This document shows positions 1 to 8,892 of a DNA stretch of 57,960 bases, in pieces. The notes beneath the pieces are model-generated. The model saw only the letters and a list, made by a program, of their open reading frames with translations. It was not told where the DNA came from and ran no database searches. Origin of the DNA: Nitrososphaerota archaeon. Lineage in GTDB: Archaea; Thermoproteota; Nitrososphaeria_A; Caldarchaeales; Wolframiiraptoraceae. The DNA is taken from contig JAGGTD010000013.1 of the NCBI GenBank assembly GCA_021163925.1, positions 1 to 57,960 of the forward strand, given 5' to 3'. Positions within the stretch are counted from its first letter, which is position 1. Every line of letters begins with the position of its first letter. Both the position numbers and the translations under genes were made by a program.

Positions 1-182
1 ACATCGTGCTCTTCCCAACATTAGGCTTCCCAACGATCCCAGCTAACTCCATCAAGAATCAAGGGGAATAAGCAGTAAATTATCTTTGCTATAATCAATT
101 CCAAAACTGTGAGGACCGATGAAAGCGGATGCGAGAGGTAAGAATTTAAGTCCTGGTTTTTTCTCTCAAAATATGATGCACC

Positions 183-410
183 ATGGCTAAGGTGAGGATA
201 GATAGGGAGAGCTGTATTGGATGCGGAGCTTGCTGGGCTCTCTGCCCAGACTTCTTCGAGCAGAATAGCGATGATGGGAAGAGCCAAGTCGTCGAGAAGT
301 ATAGGGTTGGGGGAAACCCGGCTGAGGGCGAGGTTCCAGCTGAGCTTCTAAATGATGTGAAGAGCGCTGCTGAGGGCTGCCCAGCTCAGGCGATAACCGT
401 TGAAGAATAG
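183..410 (+). CDS. fdx: Small monocluster [4Fe-4S] ferredoxin
   Basis: 75-aa ORF with CIGCGACWALCP near the N-terminus and a distal Cys-Pro (EGCPAQAI), as in small archaeal ferredoxins. Confidence 0.8.
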   Translation: MAKVRIDRESCIGCGACWALCPDFFEQNSDDGKSQVVEKYRVGGNPAEGEVPAELLNDVKSAAEGCPAQAITVEE

Positions 411-428
411 GGATGACAGCTCTTTAAA

Positions 429-923
429 CTACTCTCTCTTCTTTTTACTTCTTCTAGCGATGTGTTTTAGGAGTGGGGCTGGGAGCTGGATCTCCCGATC
501 GCTTTGGATCGCTGGATGATATGGGTCGACCATTATCACCTCGAACCACTTATACATCCCATCCTCGGCCACCCAATACGCTCCAAGTGGATAGAGGTTT
601 GGATACCTCTTCTTGGCGCGCTGGATCGCCTCCTCCATCATCGAGACATTAACCTTGTGCTTCACGACTCCGAGGGCTTTCGGCCTCCTCCCAGCCCTCG
701 GCCTAGGCTTCTGGAATCCACCCCTCCTAACCCTAACCCTCAAGACCACGAACCCCTGCTTGGCCTTATAGCCCAGCATCCTAGCCCTATCCAATCTCAG
801 AGGCTTCTCAACCCTAACCACCGCGGGCCCCCTTCTCCACTTAATCAGCCTCTGCTTCATTAAGGCCTTCAGCTCCTCAGGCTTCCTCCTCCAAAGCTCG
901 TTGAGCTTCGCGTATAGCCCCAT
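429..923 (-). CDS. rpl15e: 50S ribosomal protein L15e
   Basis: Highly basic 164-aa ORF. N-terminal YAKLNELWRRK... and GYKAKQGFVVLRVRVRRGG are characteristic of the L15e family. Confidence 0.9.
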   Translation of the reverse strand: MGLYAKLNELWRRKPEELKALMKQRLIKWRRGPAVVRVEKPLRLDRARMLGYKAKQGFVVLRVRVRRGGFQKPRPRAGRRPKALGVVKHKVNVSMMEEAIQRAKKRYPNLYPLGAYWVAEDGMYKWFEVIMVDPYHPAIQSDREIQLPAPLLKHIARRSKKKRE

Positions 924-952
924 CCTTTCAACCGTCAGATTCAGGCTCAGCC

Positions 953-961
953 ATTATTTAA
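953..961 (-). promoter_or_regulatory. TATA-like box upstream of rpl15e
   Basis: The minus strand reads TTAAATAAT, centred about 34 nt upstream of the rpl15e start at 923. Confidence 0.35.
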
Positions 962-1097
962 GCTCTAAGAAATCAGTCTTTTCCTAGAATCAGGTTTGAT
1001 GAATTGTGGGAGTCTATGATGTGAGATTTTCAAGTCTAGATGAAAGATTCGATCTTGTGAGGAGAGATTGGGATCCAAGCGCGCACTTCATCATAAC

Positions 1098-1106
1098 TTT
1101 TTTAAG
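1098..1106 (+). promoter_or_regulatory. TATA-like box upstream of dcd, with a GGAGG Shine-Dalgarno at 1134-1138
   Basis: TTTTTTAAG lies about 39 nt upstream of the ATG at 1141. GGAGG lies 3-7 nt upstream of the ATG. Confidence 0.35.
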
Positions 1107-1140
1107 TCCTTAGAAGCCGTATTAGTTCGACGAGGAGGCT

Positions 1141-1653
1141 ATGATCCTCAGCGATCGAGACATTAAAGAATTCATTAAGTTAGGGAAGATTCGATTTGAG
1201 CCCGCTATAAAGCCCGATCAGATAGGAGCTGGATCGGTTGATCTAACCCTATCGAGAAAGTTTTGGAGGTTTAGGGAGGACATCGACTTGATAGACTTGG
1301 CGACGGCTAGATTCGAGGACTTGATGGAGGAGCTTGACATGGATGAGATCACGATCCCGCCCCATGGAATGGTCGTGGGAATGACCGCCGAGAAAGTGTA
1401 TATCGACTCGGATCTCTGCGGCTGGATCGAGGGGAGGAGTAGGTATGCGAGGCTCGGAATAGCCATTCACTCAGCGAGCGGATTCATCCACCCAGGATCA
1501 TACAACCATCAAATCCTCGAGATATCGAATATAACCTCTCATCCGATAAAGATTAGGGCTGGGATGCGGATAGTCCAGATAGTCTTCGAGCTCACGAGGA
1601 GTAAGGCCGAGAAACCATACAGGATATATGGTGAGGTTGCGAGGGATCAGTGA
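1141..1653 (+). CDS. dcd: dCTP deaminase (dUTPase-superfamily fold)
   Basis: 170 aa. N-terminal MILSDRDIKE..., GSVDLTL and GxxEGRSRYARLG are typical of Dcd. Confidence 0.85.
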   Translation: MILSDRDIKEFIKLGKIRFEPAIKPDQIGAGSVDLTLSRKFWRFREDIDLIDLATARFEDLMEELDMDEITIPPHGMVVGMTAEKVYIDSDLCGWIEGRSRYARLGIAIHSASGFIHPGSYNHQILEISNITSHPIKIRAGMRIVQIVFELTRSKAEKPYRIYGEVARDQ

Positions 1654-2092
1654 AGAGGAGATGGCGAGGGTTGACGGAATTCTAGTCCAAGTCCTATGCC
1701 ATGCGACGGAGGACGAGGAGAAGGTGATGAAGGCGGTCGAGAACGTAATCGGATCGGAGGCCATGGAGAGGGCTTCGGTGATAAGCCAATCATTGACTGG
1801 ATACTATGGCGATCCAATCCTATTCATCAAGCTTACGATAGATGATTCAAAGGTCGCTGAGAGCGTTTTGGCGAGGATATTATCAAACCTAACTGAACAT
1901 GATTTACATGAGATCCTCAGGGAGAGGTCAAAGCTTGGGAGGCATGGTGGGAAGATCTATCTTAGATTCGATAAGCAGGCAGCATATCTCGGATCATTCA
2001 AGATCATGGATAAGGATCCCATCAGAATCCAAGTCAATATCAGGGGGAAGGCGGAGAAGCTGTTTGAGAGGTTAATGGGCGGGAAGACATGA
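1628..2092 (+). CDS. UPF0201/DUF54-type putative RNA-binding protein
   Basis: ILVQVLCHATEDEEKVMKAVENV resembles the conserved N-terminus of the archaeal DUF54 family. The gene lies directly upstream of the RNase P protein genes. The start may be the ATG at 1661, which would remove the overlap with dcd. Confidence 0.55.
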   Translation: MVRLRGISEEEMARVDGILVQVLCHATEDEEKVMKAVENVIGSEAMERASVISQSLTGYYGDPILFIKLTIDDSKVAESVLARILSNLTEHDLHEILRERSKLGRHGGKIYLRFDKQAAYLGSFKIMDKDPIRIQVNIRGKAEKLFERLMGGKT

Positions 2093-2766
2093 GGAGATAC
2101 ATCGACCTATGGGTGAGATGTGAAAGCTTTGAAAGATGCTTAGAGATGATAAGGTGTTTGAAGAGGCTTGGATTCAGCTCCGCCGCCATAGAGCTTCGAG
2201 GAGAATGTGTGGAGAGATTCGATCACTTGAAGAGAGAAGCAGAGGGAGTTGGGATAAAACTGTATAGGAAGCTCGTCCTCGAACCCTCGACTCGAAAAGA
2301 ACTCTTAAAACTTCTCAGAGAAAATAGGGGAAAGTTTGAGGTGATAAGCGTGATCTGCAGAAATCTCGAAACCGCTCTCGTGGCCGCGAGGGATTCGAGG
2401 GTCGACACCATAATAATCCCAGTGAATCCCGGTTATAGGTTCGATAAGGGGGTTGCAGCCCTGCTCAGGAATAGGGTTGAGCTTCCATTCAGATACTTCC
2501 TCGAGGATAGGGGCGGGTTCTTGAGGACGGCATCGGAGATCGTATCGGTTTTGGGAAAAAAGTGTGGGATAATTGTCTCCTCCGCCGGTTCAAGTAGCCT
2601 TGAGTTGAGGAATCCGAGGCAACTCGCCTCCCTACTCCAAGTCCTAGGATTCGACGAGGAAAGAGCCCTAGACTCGATCTCAACCGAGCCGGTCAAGTTG
2701 ATCGAGGAGAACTTGATGAAGCTTTCGAAGAACTATGTTATGAGGGGTGTTATGAGGATTGGCTAA
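2089..2766 (+). CDS. rnp3: RNase P protein component 3 (Rpp30 family)
   Basis: 225 aa. IDLWV near the N-terminus, the overall TIM-barrel-like pattern, and position next to Pop5. Overlaps the upstream gene by 4 nt. Confidence 0.75.
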   Translation: MRRYIDLWVRCESFERCLEMIRCLKRLGFSSAAIELRGECVERFDHLKREAEGVGIKLYRKLVLEPSTRKELLKLLRENRGKFEVISVICRNLETALVAARDSRVDTIIIPVNPGYRFDKGVAALLRNRVELPFRYFLEDRGGFLRTASEIVSVLGKKCGIIVSSAGSSSLELRNPRQLASLLQVLGFDEERALDSISTEPVKLIEENLMKLSKNYVMRGVMRIG

Positions 2767-3079
2767 GAGGCTGAAGAGGAGGTATGTCGTCGTCATGGCC
2801 GAGCCCAAGGTCTCGGGGGAGAGCGTAGTAAAGGCTGTGAAGTCATCATATAGGGAATTATTCGGATCATTCGGCTTAGCCATATCTGGATTCAAGGTCA
2901 TGAAGGTTTACAGGGATGAGGGAGTGGCGATAATAAGGTGCTTCCTCAAACATCTACCAAACCTACTCCTAGCTACAGCGTCCGTGACAAAGTTGAATGG
3001 AGAAGATGCGGCCATAAGGACGTTAACTATCAGCGGAACTATGAAGAAGGCGAAAGAGGTCGCAGAGAACTATCTCTGA
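2759..3079 (+). CDS. rnp2: RNase P protein component 2 (Pop5 family)
   Basis: 106 aa. KRLKRRYVVV at the N-terminus and the GVAIIRC segment are typical of archaeal Pop5. TTG start overlaps rnp3 by 8 nt. Confidence 0.7.
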   Translation: MAKRLKRRYVVVMAEPKVSGESVVKAVKSSYRELFGSFGLAISGFKVMKVYRDEGVAIIRCFLKHLPNLLLATASVTKLNGEDAAIRTLTISGTMKKAKEVAENYL

Positions 3080-3996
3080 GACCTGCCGCACCAAGGACAG
3101 AATATTTTTCCATTTAATGGCTTGCCGCAGAACTTACAGACATCCACGCCGGGTTTAGGCGACGGCTGCTCCGCTTCCTCCGCAGATCTGCTCATCTCCT
3201 CAAGCTCTCTCTTCTTCTCATATCTTCGAGCCACTATCACCGCTCCCTCGATTAAGGCCACGAATACTCCGAGTAGGATGAGGTTTGTGAACACTCCTCC
3301 ATCTGGGGTTATTATCGCCGCGACAATATAGGCCGCTCCATAGATCCACTTCCTATTCCTCGTGACGGCTTCGGTGCTTATGATTCCGGCTCTGACTAAT
3401 AGGACGAGTATGACCGGGGATGTGAAGACTATGCCTGTCCCTAAGGTTACTATGAGTATCGTGTTGTAGAAGTCTTTTATGTGTATTATTGGCTCGGCTC
3501 CGACGAAGGTGAAGAATATCACCATGGCCTTAAAGGTGGCGGGAGTTATGATGTATAGTCCGAAGAGGAGTCCTCCTGTGAAGAGTCCTAGGAAGGCGGC
3601 CATAAACGGGTATATCATCCTCCTCTCATGCGGGTAGAGGGCTGGATCGACATACTTGAATATCTCATAGCCAATCACAGGGCTACTGAAGGCCAGGGCG
3701 AAGATGAGAGATGCTGTGAAATATAGTTCGAGTGGAGCCGTTATCGTGAGACCTATGAGCCTCATGCCCTTCGGCAAGACCGCCTCTCTCAAGATGTCTA
3801 AGACTAGGGAGACCATGGGCTTATAGGCGTAGAGGGCCTCCCAACCTAAGTTGAGCTGCGCTGGAAAGACCAGCATTATCATCGTTAATACTCCGACCGT
3901 TATCAAGCATACCTTTAGCCTATCCCTGAGTTCGATTAAATGTTCGAGCAGGGTCATCTCCTTCATGTCTCTAGGCTTTTCTTCCCTCTCAGGCAT
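3070..3996 (-). CDS. tatC: Twin-arginine translocase subunit TatC with an appended C-terminal zinc ribbon
   Basis: 308 aa and polytopic. LLEHLIELRDRL at the N-terminus is typical of TatC, and six hydrophobic spans are present. The C-terminal tail ends in CKFCGKPLNGKIFCPWCG (CxxC-x9-CxxC). Confidence 0.85.
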   Translation of the reverse strand: MPEREEKPRDMKEMTLLEHLIELRDRLKVCLITVGVLTMIMLVFPAQLNLGWEALYAYKPMVSLVLDILREAVLPKGMRLIGLTITAPLELYFTASLIFALAFSSPVIGYEIFKYVDPALYPHERRMIYPFMAAFLGLFTGGLLFGLYIITPATFKAMVIFFTFVGAEPIIHIKDFYNTILIVTLGTGIVFTSPVILVLLVRAGIISTEAVTRNRKWIYGAAYIVAAIITPDGGVFTNLILLGVFVALIEGAVIVARRYEKKRELEEMSRSAEEAEQPSPKPGVDVCKFCGKPLNGKIFCPWCGRSQR

Positions 3997-4258
3997 CTTT
4001 AACCTCCCCCTGTGAATTCTGGGCGAAAAGTTTTCTCCTAATTTCCTCTAGAAGCTCCTCATCACTCTTCCCCCTCGGATCTATTCCAAGATCTTCTGCA
4101 ACCTTGACAAGTTTTTTCTTCTTCTCCTTAGATTCTCCACGCTTAAACTCTCTGACTAGCTCACCCAACCCTCTGCCGATCTCGGTTATGATTTTTGGCC
4201 TAAGTAAGATTATGAACAATATTAGCAAGACTAGGAGTTCGAGGCCGAGTAACGCCAT
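3989..4258 (-). CDS. tatA: TatA/TatE-family Tat translocase component
   Basis: 89 aa. A single N-terminal TM helix is followed by an amphipathic charged helix (GRGLGELVREFKRG). Overlaps the tatC start by 8 nt. Confidence 0.7.
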   Translation of the reverse strand: MALLGLELLVLLILFIILLRPKIITEIGRGLGELVREFKRGESKEKKKKLVKVAEDLGIDPRGKSDEELLEEIRRKLFAQNSQGEVKDA

Positions 4259-4276
4259 CTCAGCTCACTTATAGAG

Positions 4277-4633
4277 CTACTTCTTCGTCCTCTCCAGAAT
4301 CTCCTTAGCGATCTGATCTCTAGTCTTGCCCTCGGTCTGAATACCTAAAGCCTTAGCGACCTCGATCAACTTATCCTCAGCGGATCTAACCTCCTCCGCG
4401 GCGGTAGTCGCAACAGACTTTATGGGCTCGACGGCGGCCTCCTTAACCTCGGTGGCAAACTGCTTCCCCTCCTCCTTCACCTCTTCAGCTTCCTTCATAG
4501 CCTTCTGAAACTCTTTCTTTGCCTCGCCTAAGGATCTCGCGATCTTGGGTAGCTTTGAGGGCCCCCATAATAGGAGGAAGACGATTATCGCGGCGACGAT
4601 TATCCACTCAATTCCCTGAATCATGATTCTCAA
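4277..4633 (-). CDS. tatA: TatA/TatE-family Tat translocase component (second copy)
   Basis: IVFLLLWGPSKLPKIARSLGEAKKEFQKA is a close TatA hinge and amphipathic-helix motif. The true start is probably the ATG at 4624 (MIQGIEW...) rather than the TTG at 4633. Confidence 0.75.
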   Translation of the reverse strand: MRIMIQGIEWIIVAAIIVFLLLWGPSKLPKIARSLGEAKKEFQKAMKEAEEVKEEGKQFATEVKEAAVEPIKSVATTAAEEVRSAEDKLIEVAKALGIQTEGKTRDQIAKEILERTKK

Positions 4634-4652
4634 AACTTATCCACATCAACTA

Positions 4653-4661
4653 CTATTTAAG
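4653..4661 (-). promoter_or_regulatory. TATA-like box upstream of the tatA-tatA-tatC unit
   Basis: The minus strand reads CTTAAATAG, centred about 33 nt upstream of the ATG at 4624. Confidence 0.35.
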
Positions 4662-4768
4662 GCGAACTCGCTGAACAGGGGCTTACGCGGAGGATTTCGC
4701 CGAATTTTTTCTAATTCTTGATGGTTAAAGAGATATGCATCTCCATACGATCGCGGTCGATTCAATCC

Positions 4769-4775
4769 TTATAAA
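4769..4775 (+). promoter_or_regulatory. TATA box upstream of rps13
   Basis: TTATAAA is centred about 31 nt upstream of the ATG at 4803, implying a leaderless or very short-leader mRNA. Confidence 0.45.
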
Positions 4776-4802
4776 CTTCTGGAAACCATCTGTGGCCGAG
4801 AG

Positions 4803-5264
4803 ATGGCTACGACGAGGGAAGAGTTCAAGCTGGTCGTAAGGTTCATGGGAACAGATCTAGACGGGTCTCTAAAGGTTCCCTATGCACTCACGAGGGTGAA
4901 GGGCATCGGCGTCATGCTCGGATATGCCTTGGCTAGGGCTGCTGGAATAGATCCTGAGAAGAGGCTAGGCTACTTGAGCGAGGAGGAGCTTAAGAGGCTT
5001 GAGGAGGTGGCTAAGAACCCTCTAGCTCATGGAATTCCATCATGGCTCCTGAATAGGAGAAAGGATCTATCGACTGGTAAGGATCTACACCTCTATGGAT
5101 CTGATCTAGTCTACACGATCAAGGAGGATATTAGGAGGGAGATGAGGATAAAGTCTTGGAGGGGCGTCAGACACTCGCTTGGATTGAAGGTTAGAGGCCA
5201 GAGAACCAGAACCACCGGGAGAACTGGGACGGCTGTCGGGGTCTCGAGACGTAGAATTAGATGA
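4803..5264 (+). CDS. rps13: 30S ribosomal protein S13 (uS13)
   Basis: 153 aa. GTDLDG...YALTRVKGIG and the basic C-terminal tail GQRTRTTGRTG are S13 hallmarks. Confidence 0.9.
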   Translation: MATTREEFKLVVRFMGTDLDGSLKVPYALTRVKGIGVMLGYALARAAGIDPEKRLGYLSEEELKRLEEVAKNPLAHGIPSWLLNRRKDLSTGKDLHLYGSDLVYTIKEDIRREMRIKSWRGVRHSLGLKVRGQRTRTTGRTGTAVGVSRRRIR

Positions 5265-6416
5265 TCATTTAAACAGCTCCCTTGCAAGTTCCGCTCCTTT
5301 AACAAGGTTTACCTCCTTCTCGAAAGCCACATCCCAGCTCCTAGTCCTCAAGCCGCAGTCATTGCATGCCACGATCTTCGACTCATCTCCAAGCCTCCTC
5401 GCCGCATAGATCAGCCTATCCCTGACGAGTTCCGGAGGCTCTATGAAATTTGTGTGAACGTCTATAACCCCGACGGCGACCTCAAGCCATGGAGTATATT
5501 CCTTAAAGTAGTCTAATATGTGGTAACCTCTCCTCCTCCCATCATCTAATCCAAGCTCAATTGTATCCCTATTCGCGCACTCGATCGAGACTTGATCTAA
5601 CCTGGCCTCGGCGATGTGGGGGAAGAGCATCCGATAATCGCTATAGCAGACGTGTAATGTTATCTTAGCATCGATCCCCTTGACGGACTCATTCAACGCC
5701 TCGACCATCAATGGGACTTCATCGGGCTTACTCGTGACCGCGGGCTCATCTATCTGAATCCTCTTCGCCCCAGCCTCGACCAAGGCCAAGATATTCGGCC
5801 TTAGGATGTTCTTCGCCAAATCCATCACCAGATCCTCTTTCGCCCTCCTCCTGGCCTCGATTGGGTCGTCTAGATCCAAGTATCTCTTGATGTAGTGTTC
5901 GTCGAAGGACCAGTCGGCCAAGGTGTATGCTCCGGTTATCGGTATCTTAACCTCCCTCCTCGCATGCTCCTTGACGAAGATGAATTCGTCTAGGTGGTAT
6001 GGCTTCTTGAGCTTGGGCTCTCCCGTGAACGCTCCTTTCCTATAGAACTCGTTGTCCCAGACCTTCACGACTCCTAGGAACTTGAAGTTCTCTACATAGC
6101 TCAATGGATATTCATACATCTCTATCCTCCTCTGCTCCCCATCCCAGACCACATCTAATCCAGCCTTCTCGAAGAATCTTATCGCGAAGAGCGATGCGTA
6201 GTCGTAGAGCTTATCCATGTTCCTGTATGCTTTACTTGGATCTCTTAACAGGTTTAGGAGTTCATCCAATCCCTCGACTCCGAGTAGCTCACCCCACCGC
6301 TTAGTCTCCTCGATCCTTTCCCTAGTTATCTTCTTAAGAAATGGTGCTTTCGAGAGGCTTCCAACCTCCTGTGTTGGGAAGAGCTTCATCGACTCACTCA
6401 ACCTCCTCAAGCTCAT
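5265..6416 (-). CDS. metE: Cobalamin-independent methionine synthase, catalytic (MetE C-terminal-like) domain protein
   Basis: 383 aa. Carries MetE-type zinc ligand motifs: LHVCYSD (HxC), IECANRD (Glu) and NDCGLRTR (Cys). Confidence 0.7.
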   Translation of the reverse strand: MSLRRLSESMKLFPTQEVGSLSKAPFLKKITRERIEETKRWGELLGVEGLDELLNLLRDPSKAYRNMDKLYDYASLFAIRFFEKAGLDVVWDGEQRRIEMYEYPLSYVENFKFLGVVKVWDNEFYRKGAFTGEPKLKKPYHLDEFIFVKEHARREVKIPITGAYTLADWSFDEHYIKRYLDLDDPIEARRRAKEDLVMDLAKNILRPNILALVEAGAKRIQIDEPAVTSKPDEVPLMVEALNESVKGIDAKITLHVCYSDYRMLFPHIAEARLDQVSIECANRDTIELGLDDGRRRGYHILDYFKEYTPWLEVAVGVIDVHTNFIEPPELVRDRLIYAARRLGDESKIVACNDCGLRTRSWDVAFEKEVNLVKGAELARELFK

Positions 6417-7371
6417 CGACGATTTTCTTTAGAAGCCTGACCTTCTCATCGGCGACGCTCCTTGGAAGATATTCTAGGTCGCAGCTCGGGGTTATGTAGA
6501 TCGTCTCAGGCTCATTCGCCTCAAGATAATCCTCAACCTTCCTCCTCACAAACTCGACATCCTCGATCAGGCTATTTCTTCCATCGACGAATCCCAGCCC
6601 GACACCTCTATCAATTCTATATTCTCTCAGCTCCTTAAGCTTGGTTGAGGTCATGTCGAATCCTATCATGTCCACCCTCGCGTCGAGGATCTGTGGAAAG
6701 GAGTTTAATGCATCTCCGAAAGGTAGGTGGATCATCTTCTCAGCCGAAACTCCCTTAAGGCATTCATCTACCGCGTCCTTGGCAAGCTCTAGGGAGTCTT
6801 CGTCGAGTTTTCTCCAGACGAGTGAGGGGGCGGATAATTGAACCTGCCCAAGCCCTATCTCCACCTCCATCTCCCTAATCTCCTCGTTCATGGCCTCGGA
6901 GACCTCGAAGAGGACATCATCAAACCTCCTTTTCCCGAGTTCTGAGAGCGATGTGAAGGTGAATGGGTCGGGTAAGACTAGCTTAAATCTCCTATTAGGG
7001 ATCTCGCTTGGATATACGTATTCCTTCAAGATCTTATTCGTTCTCTTAACCTCGCCCACGATCACGGGCTTCTTATAGAATAGATTGTTGTCAAACCATC
7101 TTGAAAGCCCATCCACTTCAACCCCATCAAGCTTCTCGGCGAGAGGCCTTAAGAGATCATGCCATCTAAGCATCCCATCGATCACATACCTATAATTCAA
7201 GTCTAGTTGGAGCTCGATTATCTCCCTCGACTCCCTCTCAAGAACTTTACTCAATTCATCGAAGCCTATCTTCTTACGGGAATATGCCCTAAACGTCTTT
7301 ATCAGCCTCTCACTTCTAGGGTGGATTCCGACGAGAAGTGGGTGGAAGCTTGTCATGCCGATTATATTCAA
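6394..7371 (-). CDS. MetE N-terminal-like (non-catalytic) domain protein
   Basis: 325 aa with a MetE-like barrel pattern. The HxC zinc motif is replaced (IHLPFGD). Overlaps the downstream catalytic-domain gene by 23 nt. Confidence 0.6.
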   Translation of the reverse strand: MNIIGMTSFHPLLVGIHPRSERLIKTFRAYSRKKIGFDELSKVLERESREIIELQLDLNYRYVIDGMLRWHDLLRPLAEKLDGVEVDGLSRWFDNNLFYKKPVIVGEVKRTNKILKEYVYPSEIPNRRFKLVLPDPFTFTSLSELGKRRFDDVLFEVSEAMNEEIREMEVEIGLGQVQLSAPSLVWRKLDEDSLELAKDAVDECLKGVSAEKMIHLPFGDALNSFPQILDARVDMIGFDMTSTKLKELREYRIDRGVGLGFVDGRNSLIEDVEFVRRKVEDYLEANEPETIYITPSCDLEYLPRSVADEKVRLLKKIVDELEEVE

Positions 7372-7470
7372 GTGAAGGGGGAGATATTAACTTGACCATC
7401 TCCAAGCGATTTCAAGCCGAGGTTAAATCTTTATTGAGGTTTCAGCCCACGATAATTTGGTGATGTAAGG

Positions 7471-8835
7471 ATGCTCGAAGACATCACGAGCTACCCGCGT
7501 CAAAGGTTTCTAAGGGTTGGAGCGCACAGCCACGTCAAGGGACTCGGACTTGACGGATTAAAGGCGAAGCCTGTTGGAGACGGGCTTGTAGGCCAGATAG
7601 AGGCGAGGGAGGCGGCTGGGATAATCGTCAGGATGATCAAGAGCGGGAAGATGGCGGGTAGAGCAGTCCTATTCGCAGGCCCACCCGGAACCGGCAAGAC
7701 GGCGATAGCCTACGCGATCGCGAAGGAGCTCGGCAAGGATGTCCCATTCGTCGCCCTCAGTGGATCAGAGATCTATTCATCGGAGCTCAAGAAGACTGAG
7801 GTCTTGACGCAGGCCATGAGGAAGGCGATTGGGGTGAAGCTTAGGGAGAGGAGGAGGGTGTATGAGGGAGAGGTGACCCAGCTCGAGATAAAGACCAGAA
7901 AACATCCATACAATCCATATCAAGAGATTCCGGATCACGTCGTGATAGGGTTAACCACAAAGGATGATCGAAGAGTCTTCAGGGCTGGGGCCACAATAGC
8001 ATCCTACATACTTCAACAAGGAATAACGGTTGGAGACGTCATAACGATAGACGCTGAGACAGGCAGAGTTACAAGGGTTGGTAGATCAGAGGAGGCGGCC
8101 GAGAAATACGACATCGCAGGTCTTGGAGAGAAGCCCGTTCCCAGACCAAGCGGCCCAGTCGAGAAGGAGAAGGAGTTCGTCTACGTCTTAACCCTACATG
8201 ATCTCGATCAAATCAGCGCCCAGTCGAGGAGCGGCGGATTATTCAGCCTATTGCTTGGAGGTCCTCCAACCAAGGAGATTGACAGCGAGGTTAGGAGGGA
8301 TGTAGACGAGATGGTGAAGAAGAGAGTTGAGGAGGGGACGGCTGAGATAATTCCGGGAGTCCTATTCATCGACGAGGTTCATTTATTGGATATTGAGGCT
8401 TATTCGTTCTTGAACGCGGCCATGGAGAGCGAGCTCGCGCCGATAATGATCTTCGCGAGCAATAGGGGTATAACGAGAGTTAGGGGAACCGATATAACGT
8501 CGCCTCATGGAATCCCGCTCGACATGCTCGACCGAATGCTCATCATAAGCACGAGGCCGTACACGAGAGATGAGATTAGGAAGATACTCGAGATAAGGGC
8601 CAAGGAGGAAGGGGTTAAGGTCTCAGAGGAGGCCATGGAGAAGCTAACCGAGATAGGGGCCCAGTCAACCCTCAGATACGCAGTCCAGCTATTGACTCCG
8701 AGCTATGAGGCGGCGAAGGCGGAGGGGAGGGATGAGGTCTCGGTGAAAGACGTTGATCGAGTTCTGAGCCTATTCTCGGATGTCAGAAGATCGGTCGAGG
8801 AGCTGAATAAGTGGAAGGACAAATTCATGTACTAG
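7471..8835 (+). CDS. TIP49/RuvB-like (Pontin/Reptin family) AAA+ ATPase
   Basis: 454 aa. AHSHVKGLGLD, Walker A GPPGTGKTA, a long insertion domain between Walker A and Walker B, and Walker B VLFIDEVH give the same layout as eukaryotic RuvBL1/2. Confidence 0.85.
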   Translation: MLEDITSYPRQRFLRVGAHSHVKGLGLDGLKAKPVGDGLVGQIEAREAAGIIVRMIKSGKMAGRAVLFAGPPGTGKTAIAYAIAKELGKDVPFVALSGSEIYSSELKKTEVLTQAMRKAIGVKLRERRRVYEGEVTQLEIKTRKHPYNPYQEIPDHVVIGLTTKDDRRVFRAGATIASYILQQGITVGDVITIDAETGRVTRVGRSEEAAEKYDIAGLGEKPVPRPSGPVEKEKEFVYVLTLHDLDQISAQSRSGGLFSLLLGGPPTKEIDSEVRRDVDEMVKKRVEEGTAEIIPGVLFIDEVHLLDIEAYSFLNAAMESELAPIMIFASNRGITRVRGTDITSPHGIPLDMLDRMLIISTRPYTRDEIRKILEIRAKEEGVKVSEEAMEKLTEIGAQSTLRYAVQLLTPSYEAAKAEGRDEVSVKDVDRVLSLFSDVRRSVEELNKWKDKFMY

Positions 8836-8892
8836 AAACCATAAGAGATCGACCACCACACCTCTGTGGATCAAAGATTCGGATGTAAAGAG

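Noticed and set aside
1-182. Possible partial genes at the left edge: an open plus-strand frame ending at about 71, a minus-strand frame with ATG at about 21 reading out of the window, and the 88-aa track ORF at 21-287.
   Set aside because: The fragments are too short to recognise. The 88-aa ORF overlaps the well-supported ferredoxin gene on the opposite strand.
504-863. A 119-aa plus-strand ORF inside rpl15e. Comparable antisense ORFs occur at 10573-11019, 18280-18681, 21508-22078 and 48658-49197.
   Set aside because: Each lies fully inside a gene with strong family motifs on the other strand and has Pro/Ser/Leu-biased, motif-free sequence.
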